Positions 50,413 to 63,928 of a stretch of DNA of 64,000 nt are shown here, piece after piece (the stretch's first letter is position 1; each line of letters starts with the position of its first letter). The DNA is from Octopus bimaculoides (Eukaryota). Location of the stretch: contig NC_068982.1 of assembly GCF_001194135.2 (NCBI RefSeq), forward strand, positions 115,777,824-115,841,823, read 5' to 3'. The position numbers and the translations under genes were made by a program. The notes below the pieces were generated by a model, which saw only the letters and a list, made by a program, of their open reading frames with translations, had not been told where the DNA came from and searched no databases.

Positions 50413-53400
50413 AGATATTATAAGAATGTAAAAGTTGTGTACTCAAATCCGATGACAGTCAATGAGTTCTATTTCACTATCAGGGACAATAACAAAATAA
50501 AATGTTTGAGGTTAAATAATAATCATGGACATTAGGAAAAGTTATCAGATGGTCAACTTGCAGAGTTGTATTTACTTTAAAAATATAACATAAGCTATGG
50601 AAGCTAGTGCAATTTATTTAATAAATTCAATAAAAATAACACTGTCCATAAATAATTTAATAACATATACTATAAAGTTAAAATCATTATATAAGAGGTT
50701 AAGATTTATGATTAGGGGTTAGAGTTGGAGTTAATTTCTAGTTGAATATAATAATTTATAGTTAACTTCAAAATGATTTCCAAAACCATTGTTGTTAATT
50801 TGTTAATGTGTAATAAAGCTAAGCAAGTAAAGATAGTTGAATGTCTGTCTGAAGAATTAGGAAATATATTTTTTTAATGTCCACTTTCCCAAACTCACAT
50901 GGAATTCACTGAGGCAGATTTTCTCCAGCTGGACACCCATCCTGTTGCCAGCCACCACCTGTTTCCAGGCTAGGTAATATATAGGCTAGACCAGTGGCAG
51001 CTTGTAGATAAAATTAGTGGGGGTGCTGCTTCAGAAAATTTTTAGCTGCTGTTATAATATTGTGTGAGAAGAAACAAACATATAAAAAGAAAATTTATAC
51101 ATAAACTTGATCAGTTCACATTTTAGCCACTGCTGAGTAATGTGTTTAATTTGTTCACTGCACACTGCTGCGAATTCCTCCTTGTTTTTCAAAAATCCCC
51201 CCTAAATCACAAAATAAGGGGGGAAAATCTGCCCTATTTTTCAAATCCTGGCAGTAACACTGTAGCTGGAAACAGGATAATAATCTAATTCTACACTTTA
51301 TCCAATTCAAGAATATAAACACGTTTTTAAGCACAACACACATGGAGTCAAAAAGAAACACTACCTTTCTCCAACACACCAGGGTCGGCACTGATGAATG
51401 AGTGCTCTCTCTCCCTAGTGTGCAGCTTCCTATCTCGGACATGTGAGCATGCGCACAACAGCCAAACACCACATTGCTGGAACTGTGAAACACACAGTTC
51501 TATACAAGGATTTTTGTATTTTTTTCATAAACTAAGAGATGGTTACTGACATTAAGCTTAAGGATTATATAATGTACAAATATAAAGAAAGAATTAAAAA
51601 AAAAGGACTCATTATATTGAATATTATCAATAATATCGCGTGGAAATAGGGGATGCTGCAGTTCTGCAATGCCTATACACGAGCCACCACTGAGCAAGAC
51701 ATATCTATACAGTAGGATGGAAATGAACGAAACCACTTATATGAGGAAGATACTTGTTTACAACTATCATGTGATGACAAGGAAACACAAACACGCGCAC
51801 ATATATATTCATAAATATATNNNNNNNNNNGAGAGAGAGAGAGAGAGAGAGAGTGGGCTTCTTTCAATTTCCGTCTAGTACATCTATTCACAAGGCTTTG
51901 ATTGACCTGAGGCTATACAAACACGTGGTGGACAAGTAGAATCAACAGCGCAATGAACAAAATAACTTGACGTATTTAGTTATGTCCCTTCTACACACTG
52001 GGTTCAAATCAGACTGAGGTTGATTTTGCCTTTCCACTTTCTGGAGTCAAGAATATAAGTATTTGTGTGAATATACATAATATGTCATCAAAGTTAACAC
52101 CAGCAGCTGGCCCTTGGGTACCTTTAGCAGATTTTACTCTATTGCAAGCATTCAGTCCAGGGATTTGGTGTAAGGATAGTTTATGAATTATGGCTTGTTC
52201 CTTACTTTTCTCTTCAATACTCCTGGAGGCCTTGCATGCACGCGCGCACGCACGTGCATGTACAACGTCATGAGATCTATGCTTCCTCCTCTAAATAAAC
52301 TAAAAAAACGTAATTGAGCATAACTTTGAAGGCAGTATCCCAGAATGACCACATTTCAACGACTGAAATTAGTAAAAGAATAAGATAGTTGAACTGCCGT
52401 TGAACTCTGAATGAAAACTATACTGTTCAATCATCTTGATGTTGTTATTTAGACACATATTAGTTCTGATCAGACCTAGTTCTTGAGCAGACCCATGCTC
52501 AAGTATAGCTGTGTGGTTACAAATCGTGTATTGTAACCAAGTGGTTTCAAGTTCAATCCCACTGCATTGTTTATCAGGGGAATATATCCTACAACAACTT
52601 CCTGATATAAAAGGACAGAAATTGTGAAGAAGCTGGTCATATGCATAAATAATAGCACTTAAATGACATCACAGTTTGATGATGATAATTCTTTCTGCTA
52701 TAGGTACACAACCAGAATTTTAAGGGGAGGGGAGAGTTGATTACATCGAACCCCATTGGTCAATTGGTATCTATTTTAACGACCCCGAAAGGATGAAGGG
52801 AGCATAGTCGACCTCAGCGACATTTGAACAATGATTATACCATCTTTTATTCAGACTGTATCTGGGACTACAGTATACAATAGGCTTCCCTTTTTCTTAA
52901 GATGACACGGTATGGTTTGAGGGAAATTAGTTTGCTTTTTCAAACACGTTCCAGCCATCATCACTCCAAAATATATTTATCACTATCATCACATATAACC
53001 ACTGACCCACCTCACTACCACCACCACCAACATACAGCCGCCACTACTACTACCATTCAAACAACTACCACCATAGCAACATGCAGACACCACAACCACC
53101 ACCACACCAACGTACAACCATTACTAACGTCACCAGTACTATCGTTATTGCCACCACCATCACCACCACCACGACATATGGACATGATTATTATCACCAC
53201 CACTACGATACAATAACCATCACTAGAACAACACAACCACCATTACCAAAATCACAACATACAAACACTATCATCACTATTACTGCAAACACAGTCACCA
53301 CTACCTCCACCCCCCAACACCATCATCCACTACAATCATCCGTCTAACGACACACTTATTTCTTCTGTTGTTCTACATTCAGATGTAATCAGTACGTATC

Positions 53401-54339
53401 ATGTGCCGATTCACTTTACGCAATCTGCAGTGGCCTGGTTACGGGTTACAGTAAGTCCTTGAGAAAGTACCACCAAAATTAGGTTGAGGTGGAGAATCCC
53501 ACTAAATCCACAGACGAAATCTCTAAAAGTTCATTAAAAAGAAGTTTTCATTCTTAAGATCTAAATAGTTATTTAATATAACTTGCAAACGTGTGAATTC
53601 GTTACTTTAAAGATTCGTTATTTTTCTCGGCGCAGATGAACCTCTACAGGTTCTTATTTCCTAGCTATTTTCTCGTATTAAAAAGGTGTACTCACCACCG
53701 TTTTTATAAGGAAATCATTACCTATATAATATTTCCTTCTGATGTAGGTATGAAGGAATCAGGGTCTGTAGCAGCTGTTTTCTCCAAGGGCGTTAGCAAA
53801 ATGGAAACAAACGGCCCAAAGAGAATCGAAACAGGGTCACAGACTTGATGCACCAGTAGTCAACCTATATTCTTTTTATTTAGTGAAATAAGTTGCTTTC
53901 AAAGAGCATTGCTTAGGTAAATAAATTAAATTTCTTTCTGCATAAATGCTAAGGTTTATGTCTCACGTAATTACAAACTTAACATACATAGGTACACATG
54001 GCACAATATTTATTGCGGAGGGGATTTGAGATTATGGGACAGGGCTTTCCAAGGGCAAAAAGGAGCGAAACAGCGAATCGAGGTATGTCTCGATTATCCG
54101 ACAGTTTTCTAATCCGCTACGATGCTCTCTAGATACATTAAATTTAATATGAATATCTTTTGCCACAATACAGCACTGCCATTTAATAAGGAGAAAGTGG
54201 GTCTTCTTGACTGAATCGAACTCAAAGACATGCGCAAAATTTATCGAAGTGAATGTGAGTTAGAGGACAAACAAGGACCCAGTAGTAATTGCTGATATTA
54301 ATGTTTTGATATTAATATTATTAGTAGTGGTGGTGTGAA

Positions 54340-54560
54340 CTTAGTGCTGTTGTTAGCCCCGAATTAGCCCTGATCGAGCAGACCTATGATCAAAACCGTT
54401 CCAGTCTTGCCTTTTCATATCTAAAACTACATTATAAAATGTGCCCTTTCTTTTTAAGTCAATAAAGATGTGATTTGAAGGAGATTTCACTGATATTGTC
54501 TTACAGGTCGAGCATACTCGCCGGATTGTATCTAGTAGGTAGTGGCCATGGAAGGGTATT
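54340..54560 (+). repeat. Abundant dispersed repeat (core GATGTGATTTGAGGGAGATTTG.CTG.TATTTCTAGCAG); other copies near 11480-11700, 13290-13380, 36680-36760, 41240-41560, 46930-47010, 52880-52960, 54950-55020, 58140-58340
   Basis: The same core recurs in both orientations across the window. No coding capacity recognised. Confidence 0.65.
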
Positions 54561-57084
54561 ATTAAAGTTAGTAATTAAAAAGCGAAAGGATATAAACACA
54601 TCAAAGTAACAACTTAATACGATGTTCATTATGACTAATGGTGAGGTCGCCTGGGCGGGGGAATGCATAATTATCAGAGATTATGGTGTACATAGTCACA
54701 TCGGAAGTGTGCGTAGAGTGCATACGTAATATACATCAAGACAATATATTTGTATGTTTAGAATATATATAGGCAAGTGTTGAGTGTACTTAGAGTGCAT
54801 ATAACGTAATAGTGTATATAAACAGGACTGTAGTATAGAAAACGGATTTTTGTTGAAGGGATGCGATCCTGTGTGTGTGTGTATATATATATATATAAGT
54901 GTATATGATATACGGATACGTTTGCAGTATATGTGAAGTGCATGAGTGTGGCTTAAGGGAGATTTGACAGCTATTTCTAGCCGGTAGTGCGATCACGTAG
55001 AGATATCCTCATTGGCTCGTGTAATTGTGTGTGAACACTCAATTATATAGATTTGTGTGAGTAGCAAAAAGAACAATAACTTGTAAACATTCCGCGGCAA
55101 AAAACATAAACAATGCTGCAGATAAATAAATAGATACATGGACAAACACATAGATATATTGAGACAAACAAATAGAGATAGATATAGGTAGAGTCAAATA
55201 AATTAACATGATTGAGTGCATATGAAAGAATAAGAGAGAGAAAGTAGGAACAAAACGAGATAAATAGTTCTGCAGAGGATGTAAATAAGAAATAGAACAA
55301 ATTGGTAACTTACTAAAGCTTTTTCATGTGCGCAATTATAATATACGAAATTAACGTTTCTCGTTGAGATAAGAAGCATCGATATTCTATAGTTAAAAAA
55401 TATATATGGCTGCAGTTATCGGTAGCTATAAACATACAAGGATAACAGAGCTACAATGGACAACCATATCGTCCCAGCTTCTAAATCAAGAATCATTAAG
55501 CTAAGCTCGATGTTTTCACGATTCTGCTAAACGGATGTGACGTAATTACTACATTCAACTCCCGTCCCTCCCATTTTCTCATCATCTTACGTATTGTCCG
55601 GTTACATTACCATCAACTATAATCTTTTTATTACAGCTACTTGTCACCACTGTCTCGCACTTCACTTCAACTGATACATAAATATACTGATGTTTTCTTA
55701 CTCCTCTTCCTTCTTTTCTTTCTGTCTTCTTTTTCACGTTAATTCTCTTCAACCCCTTCGCTCTCGCTAGCTTTTTTTTCGAAACTTTCTTTCTCTTTTC
55801 TTTCTTTCTTGTCCTTCAGCATTATTCTTCCTTTCTTTCTTCCTTTTTTCTTCTTTCTCTTTTCCTTTCGTTTTACAATTCCCACATCAGTCACTTTCAT
55901 TATTCCAAACTCATTAAAATTTTCCCTGCTCGTCAAAAATACACTTTATTGCATAGCAATTTAAGTTCAATTCTTTCGAGATTTGGACTTATAATATAAA
56001 CGGTCATAACTAAATACGGAAATTTATCTACTCATCTATGAATCCTACCAATACGCTCCCCACTTATTGAAGTGAGTAGATTATACTCCATATTCATTAA
56101 AGTGAGTATCTTTGCTGATTGAAGTAAATTGACTATCCTCTCCTCTCAATACAATAAGAATACCATATTACTAATTCATTCAAGTAGACTATACTGCTCA
56201 TCCACTAAACTGAGTATTCTATACCTGTTATTCATATACTATATTCCCCACTGAAAAAGAAAAAGTGTGTAGGCTTTATTCCACATTTGATATAGTGAAA
56301 AAGACCAATACACATTATTCATTAAAGTGCATATATATGATACTCCCCAATCAATTAAGAGAGTAAACAAAATTCCTTTCAGTAAAGTGTATAAAACTTT
56401 CTTCCGGTCATTGAGCAAAGAATACCATACTCCCGATTCAATGAGTAAGTATACAATATTTTGTGCTAAAAAATGTGAGTATACTAGGTTCCCTACTCCA
56501 TAATAGAAGTGAACTATACTCCTCACTCACGAACACGTATGTCACCATATTTCAGTTGAAACACACGCTCTTTATTTCAATTAATTTCGTCTGTCTTTAT
56601 GTTCTGGGTTCAAATTCCGCCAGGGTCGACTTTGTCTTTCATCATTTCGGGGTCGATAGAATAAGTACCAGTTGAGCACTAGGGTCGATGTAAACTTCTC
56701 CCATTTCCGAAATAGCTGGCCTTGTACCAAAATTTGGGACTATTCTTAAACTGATTTTTGGAACGTAAATTAACATGGAATTTTAATGAGGAATTTTGAG
56801 ATTACATTTGAAACCTTAAGTTTGTACCGTAGAACCAAAGGCGGCCATTATTATACTGTACACATGCATAATCGTTTTCTTTAAAAAAAAAAAAAAGAGG
56901 ACACACTGGGCAAATGTAGTCCAAGATAAAACCTGTTTGAAAAAGAATCAAAAGCAGAGAAAAAAAGAACCTTATGATCAAGGATGGGATGTCCACTGAT
57001 TATAAGTTTGCTTAATCAGAACTGAGCTCTGACTGAGTAACAACAACAACAACGACGACGACTATTATTATCATTATTAGTATT

Positions 57085-57306
57085 AAGAATGCGGTGAACT
57101 GGTAGAGTCGTTAGCACGCTGGAGGAAATGCGTAGCGGTATTTCGCCCGTCGCTACGTTCTGAGTTCAAATGCCGCTGAGGTCGACTTTGCCTTTCATCC
57201 TTTCAGGGTCGATAAATTAAGTACCAGTTGCGTACTGGAGTTGACCTAATCGACTAGCCCTCTTCCCCCAAATTTCAGGCCTTGTGTCTATAGTAGAAAG
57301 GATTAT
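57085..57306 (+). mobile_element. tRNA-derived SINE family B, CpG-intact copy; other copies at ~56585-56745 + and ~52690-52830 -
   Basis: GCGGTGAACTGGTAGAG head, GAGTTCAAAT B box, GTCGACTTTGCCTTTCATCCTTTCAGGGTCGATAAA core, ATT tail. Confidence 0.8.
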
Positions 57307-59365
57307 TGACAGAATCGCGCGGACGAAAACTAGGTCTTTAGATTCAAAGTACTGCTACATTCCTGTTAAATTTACGCCATTCCATTTTCATTTAACAATA
57401 GATTGGCTTCTTAGGGAACAAAAGGTTTTTATTTTTACATTTTTTTTTCAAGAATATCATGTAATTCAACAACTAATAGCTAAATGCCAGTAAACTTATA
57501 GAATCAATAATAAAATAACTTTGTATAAATAACCTAATATTTCTTAGTAAAGCTATTTCAGTTTAATGAACTTATCACAACTTAGTATAATCAGTGCAAT
57601 ATCAGCACAATATTAACATAATCTATTCAGACCAGCTAACTATAACTAGCTCACTATAACTAATTTATAATTACTAGCTCAGTAAAACTCATTATGATAA
57701 ACTTACTATGAATTAGCTAAGTATAACTAACGCAATAGAATTAACTCGGTGTAACTTTCTTCGTATAACTAAGTTAGCGTAATTAATTCAGTATGATACT
57801 CTTACTCAGTCTAATTAACTTACTATACATAATTTAGTCTAATTAACTCGGTATAACTATCTCAGTATAATCAACTCGCATTCGCTAATTTATTATAGCG
57901 AATTCAATGTAACTTAATATAAGTAACTCAGAAGAATTAACTTATTAAATCAATGTAGTTTACCTAATTAATTCTAAGTTACTATAACTAACTTAATACA
58001 CTTTATTAAACTAAATCATTATGACTCTCCCCACAACCAGTTCAGATGTCAGTAGTTTGTATTTTGTCATTTAGACGCTATTTCGAAATTATATAATAAT
58101 AGTTGTGATTTATATTTGCATATTAGCAGAAACAGGTAAATATTACTATTGAAAGGATGAGCTACGTGGAGCGTCAACGTGATCACACGATATGCTGGAA
58201 ACAACAGTCAAATCTTCCTCAAAGTATCTTATCGCCTTAAAAACGGAAGAACAAAGTTATGTAATCATTGGTCTATTACACTGTAAAAAAATTACTGAAC
58301 GATCGCGGTTGGAATGCATTTAATCGTGGATCAACTTGGGGGCTGAGCTTTGATTTAACAACATGTAATCTGTGACTATCATGCCGTTTTAGGGATATAT
58401 ATGTAGCTACATTATAATATTTGATTATGGTTGTTTGGTTATGAACTTTATTCTAAATCTGGATTCAGAAGTAAAATATGCAAACAGCCGGTTTTTACCA
58501 GGTTAGTGCTGTAAGGAACGACCGTGCGAACTCAAAAAGGAGAAATGGTGACGAATGGAAAAACAGAGGACTCCTTTTATTTAAACGTGTCACACGATCG
58601 AACACACAATAATATATATATCAATGATGATATACATGATATGTTATGCGACGATAACATAGATGACCAGTAATGAAAGACCACAACCGTATTAGATGAA
58701 TAACAGAGATATTTATTGTAGCGTTAAAGATGTGTGAGAGTGTGAATGCGACATATAAGAACATAATCAAAGACAGGCCGTCATACAAAGAAAAGTGTGT
58801 ATGTGAGTGATACATGTAAGTGTATNNNNNNNNNNNNNNNNNNNNNNNNNNNNNNNNNNNNNNNNNNNNNNNNNNNNNNNNNNNNNNNNNNNNNNNNNNN
58901 NNNNNNNNNNNNNNNNNNNNNNNNNNNNNNNNNNNNNNNNNNNNNNNNNNNNNNNNNNNNNNNNNNNNNNNNNNNNNNNNNNNNNNNNNNNNNNNNNNNN
59001 NNNNNNNNNNNNNNNNNNNNNNNNNNNNNNNNNNNNNNNNNNNNNNNNNNNNNNNNNNNNNNNNNNNNNNNNNNNNNNNNNNNNNNNNNNNNNNNNNNNN
59101 NNNNNNNNNNNNNNNNNNNNNNNNNNNNNNNNNNNNNNNNNNNNNNNNNNNNNNNNNNNNNNNNNNNNNNNNNNNNNNNNNNNNNNNNNNNNNNNNNNNN
59201 NNNNNNNNNNNNNNNNNNNNNNNNNNNNNNNNNNNNNNNNNNNNNNNNNNNNNNNNNNNNNNNNNNNNNNNNNNNNNNNNNNNNNNNNNNNNNNNNNNNN
59301 NNNNNNNNNNNNNNNNNNNNNNNNNNNNNNNNNNNNNNNNNNNNNNNNNNNNNNNNNNNNNNNNN

Positions 59366-59710
59366 GTGTTGGTCATGACGATGATGCTGGATAGTAGTCG
59401 TAGACTCTTGTTGCTGATGCGGCGACGGCGACGGCGGTGGTCATCGTTGGCTGGACGAAGCTGCTGAAGTGGTCGCTGGCTGCTGCTGCTGTCGTGTGGT
59501 ACACGGAACAGTCTCTAAGAGAAACTGGACCGAGACCAATTTGTTGGGTATGGGTTAAAGCTATTTATAACAAACTATTGGCTCCCGATGGCTTCAGTTT
59601 TTTACTCTATCACGTGACCTTATTAGGGGCCGTGATTGGTCAGTTTGCGTTCTGGCGGGAAAGGTTCAAAGAATTTGCCGATTTGAATAATAATCAGTCA
59701 CGTGATGACA
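59366..59710 (-). promoter_or_regulatory. Candidate XPR1 promoter / first non-coding exon (CpG-rich, two ATCACGTGAC E-boxes, CCAAT boxes)
   Basis: GC/CpG-rich leader-like tract at 59366-59500, ATTGG at 59635-59639, E-boxes at 59609-59618 and 59697-59706. Direction is inferred from the orphan acceptor at 47348. Confidence 0.45.
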
Positions 59711-61170
59711 AGGAACGGGTTCTCTACTACGCTCGCATTTATTTATATTTAAATGAGAAGATTGTATGTAATGGCGATAGTAGTTTTGTATCTAGTGACG
59801 ATAGGTAGTTTCACTACAGTGCAATCCTTCATTAATTGTTTTTTAGACTCAGTCATTCTGCATAAAATCCAGGGTGCTAAGTAACCCGAGTAGTCATACC
59901 CTGTAAAATAACAACAATAATACTGCGAAAAAAAAAAAACGACGTCAATCTCAGGAAAGAATTGATTGATTGATTAATTAATTAATTATATACACTCACA
60001 ACACGATAATTCCTTAACTGGTAAATATAGTATTTATGTGTGTGTGTTTCCGTCAAATCTCTCTTCTAGTACTGTTGACTGATATAATGCTGTGTCCCTA
60101 AAATAGGATGTTGTCGTTGCTGTTGTTTAGCATCAGGTTGGGTGTGTTCCAGCAAACCCGTGACTAAAGATATACCAGCTGTGGTCATTCTGTGTTTTTG
60201 AATATCCAGGGCTACAAGTGTCCAGTGTGTCACCTCACCTACTTTCTTTTAAATTGACGGGTGTAGTTTAAAAGAAGTGCTGTTATTTCTAGAAGGTCCG
60301 CGAAAGTGTAGTGGTTTCTTCGTCGTCTCGGTTGTTATTCGCGCTTCAGAATGCTTACTTGTATCTTGATCAATCAACTTTCGACGTAGCTGAACAACCA
60401 ATACCAACCTATCGAGATTCACAGTACGGGTTATACTATTCATCCTTTTGATCGCTGAATACAAATCGCGGCTCGCGAGACCACCGTTTCAGTAATTTTC
60501 CAGAGTCGTCATCTCAACCTTGTATGGCTACCCATTTACAGATAAGTAGAACTGGAGCAACGTGAAATGAAATGTTTTACTCAAGAGCGCAACACACAAT
60601 CAGTCTGGGAATCGAAACCAAGATCTCGCGATCGGGAGTGCAACACGCGTCTCTTTTATATAATGTCGATGCAGTATATTTTATAGGTCTCTGATATATA
60701 TGGCTGACGTTGTAGGATATTTGACAGGACTTTCTTTAACATGTCTGTCGTTGCAGAATGTTTAAATGCGTGTTTTACACGTATCTCTTAAAACTGAATA
60801 TCAACGCAAGATGTTTTAAAGTTCACTGCTATTCATGGTTGCCAATTTAGAATACTTTAAAGTATGTTCCAGTCTGTTTGATATATGGTTATCATTGTAG
60901 GATGTTTTTTTATAGGTTCCCTGTTACACATGACTGCCGGGGTGTGTCTAAACTGGCTGTTGATGGCTTTTTAGTGGAGAAAGTTAAATAAATTTGTAGC
61001 CTAAAATATAAGATGCAGGTTGTACCTATAAGCATGATGCTTGGCATGTGAAAAGTAGGTGAAGACTATACTCATATTAAAGATAACCTTTGCCTTCACG
61101 AAAATCTTAATTACTTGCGAATTAATTGGAGAAAATGACAGCAAAAATAACTTTAAATGTAAAGGAAATA

Positions 61171-62586
61171 TTGGATTGACAACTAAGTTCCCGCCGTTTT
61201 TTTATTAATTTTGGAATTTATTGCATTCTTAAATTTTGGAATCTATTTTTTTCGAGAATTCAATTTTTGAATCATTTTAAAATCTATTTTGTCTTTTTTC
61301 TAGTTAGTTTTAGTTAATTTTTGTTTATTTTCAGATCATTAAAATGGAATGTCAAGTTAAGAAAAAAACGAGCATTTTCGACACCTCCTTTTTGCTTTTA
61401 ATCAAGGTTCTAAGGGNNNNNNNNNNNNNNNNNNNNNNNNNNNNNNNNNNNNNNNNNNNNNNNNNNNNNNNNNNNNNNNNNNNNNNNNNNNNNNNNNNNN
61501 NNNNNNNNNNNNNNNNNNNNNNNNNNNNNNNNNNNNNNNNNNNNNNNNNNNNNNNNNNNNNNNNNNNNNNNNNNNNNNNNNNNNNNNNNNNNNNNNNNNN
61601 NNNNNNNNNNNNNNNNNNNNNNNNNNNNNNNNNNNNNNNNNNNNNNNNNNNNNNNNNNNNNNNNNNNNNNNNNNNNNNNNNNNNNNNNNNNNNNNNNNNN
61701 NNNNNNNNNNNNNNNNNNNNNNNNNNNNNNNNNNNNNNNNNNNNNNNNNNNNNNNNNNNNNNNNNNNNNNNNNNNNNNNNNNNNNNNNNNNNNNNNNNNN
61801 NNNNNNNNNNNNNNNNNNNNNNNNNNNNNNNNNNNNNNNNNNNNNNNNNNNNNNNNNNNNNNNNNNNNNNNNNNNNNNNNNNNNNNNNNNNNNNNNNNNN
61901 NNNNNNNNNNNNNNNNNNNNNNNNNNNNNNNNNNNNNNNNNNNNNNNNNNNNNNNNNNNNNNNNNNNNNNNNNNNNNNNNNNNNNNNNNNNNNNNNNNNN
62001 NNNNNNNNNNNNNNNNNNNNNNNNNNNNNNNNNNNNNNNNNNNNNNNNNNNNNNNNNNNNNNNNNNNNNNNNNNNNNNNNNNNNNNNNNNNNNNNNNNNN
62101 NNNNNNNNNNAACTCTATGTTCAACACGGCTATTCAAGAGAACGACCCAACACGGTTATTCAAGAGAAAATACCTAATCGGCAGCATGGAGTTCTTCTGC
62201 TGCACGACAACGCCCGCCCTCATTTCGCCAATATGACCAAAGAAGCCATTCAAACGCATGGCTGGGAAGTGCTGCCACACCCGCCGTACTCTCCTGATTT
62301 GGCACCAACGGATTTCCACCTCGGATTTCGATCTCTTTCAAATGCTATGCGCGGAGTTTCGTTCAGTACTGATGCAGAATTGAGAGCTTGGTTAGATCAA
62401 TTTTTCGAGTCGAAATCGGGTGATTTCTACCAACAAGGTATTGAAAATCTTGTTGAACGTTGGGATAAAATTGTAAACATCAAGGGTGAAAACATTATTG
62501 ATTAATTAGTTGTTATTTTTTATTAAACCTTTTAAAAAGTTTAAATTAAAAAAAAAATATCAGCAGGAACTTAGTTGCCAACCCAA
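61171..62586 (+). mobile_element. Mariner (D,D34D; mellifera-like TIRs), probably defective, centre hidden in gap
   Basis: TA|TTGGATTGACAACTAAGTTCC ... GGAACTTAGTTGCCAACCCAA|TA. N-terminus MECQVKK(fs)NEHFRHLL.AFNQG; C-terminus LLHDNARPH...HPPYSPDLAPTDFHL. Confidence 0.9.
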
Positions 62587-63928
62587 TAAAATATGCTTCT
62601 GGATTGAATTTAAGGAAATTATATGTCGAGTCGGTGTTGAGAAACGTACGTGGCTTATATATTGGATGCAATATTTACAGATGAGTTTCATATGGAATAT
62701 AAAATTAATTACCAAAGTCCACTTTGAAAGAGCAAAGTCACAGTGCTAAGTTTTATTTTTAATTGTTACCCGTATTCTTGACGGAATATCAAAACTGAAA
62801 AATTTACAAATTACTAGGTTTTGTAACAAAAGGAATAAATTGTATTCTCCTGGATTTCCAAAAGCATTCGTTTAGGTATAACACTTAGACCCATGAATTA
62901 AAAAATACGAGTATGGTAGAATGTTTAGATTTTAAAGTGGATTGATGATCTCAGTGATTAAAAAGAAAAATGATGAGAGAAGCTGAACGAAAGTACTTAA
63001 GTTTGACATAGCGTGTCTTCTGGAATACATCACACATTAATGCATATGTAACGGTTAGTTCTTCGGTGCAGTCGAGGGTCACCAATTTGTAACGGTTTTA
63101 GTGTAGGTGTTGGTTTCCACTGTGCAAGATGGAAGAAGAACAGTGGTTGAAGTTGTAAAGAGATATTTATTTACCGTTACTTTGTATATATCCAAAAACC
63201 ACGACGGGTTGGTATGTATAACAAGTAAATGGAAAAGCATGCAAAGTAAAGATAGATGTAGATTTTCTTTGTATAGTTTGTATTTGTGTTCTCGTCATTG
63301 TGTAGTAGTAATTACAGATAGAGATGGAGTAAAGTTCTGGAGAAAAGAAAGTGAGTTAGTGAAAGTTAGAGTCGAGGGAAGTTGTGTCTCATAGTTGGCT
63401 GGTTGTAACCTCCTTTCTCCCACTGACCGTCTGTGTTTAGTGGCTGCCTGCTTGTGGCCATGACTCTAGTTTGTCCGTCCACTAACTGTTGTAATGCCTT
63501 TGGCTTACGGAGTTCTTGTTTTTATAACTATCCAAAACCAACCAGAAGGATAGATATATTGTTAAGAACAATAGATTTCGTTGGAGGTCTGTGATATCTC
63601 TATTCTAGCTATTGGCGGCCTTGAAGAGGTTAGAAGGGTCAAGTGACGAAGACATTATTCTGCTTAGCGAAGGCATCTGGTATATGTAACTGCTGTCACT
63701 AACAGAAAAACTATTGTTTTACCGTGAGAAAAGTGCCGTTAAGTGAAATTTGGCAATCGAAGCTCGAATCCACGCTGTGCCTGCATGATCTACTATACAT
63801 ACATACATATATACATACATACATACATGCATACATACATACATGCGTACATACATACACATACATACATGCATACATACATACATACATACATTATGTA
63901 TGTATGTATACACACACACACACACGCA

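Noticed and set aside
63100-63720. Neighbouring gene exon
   Set aside because: No convincing splice sites or intact frame. At most a weak resemblance to a decayed LINE on the minus strand, too weak to call.
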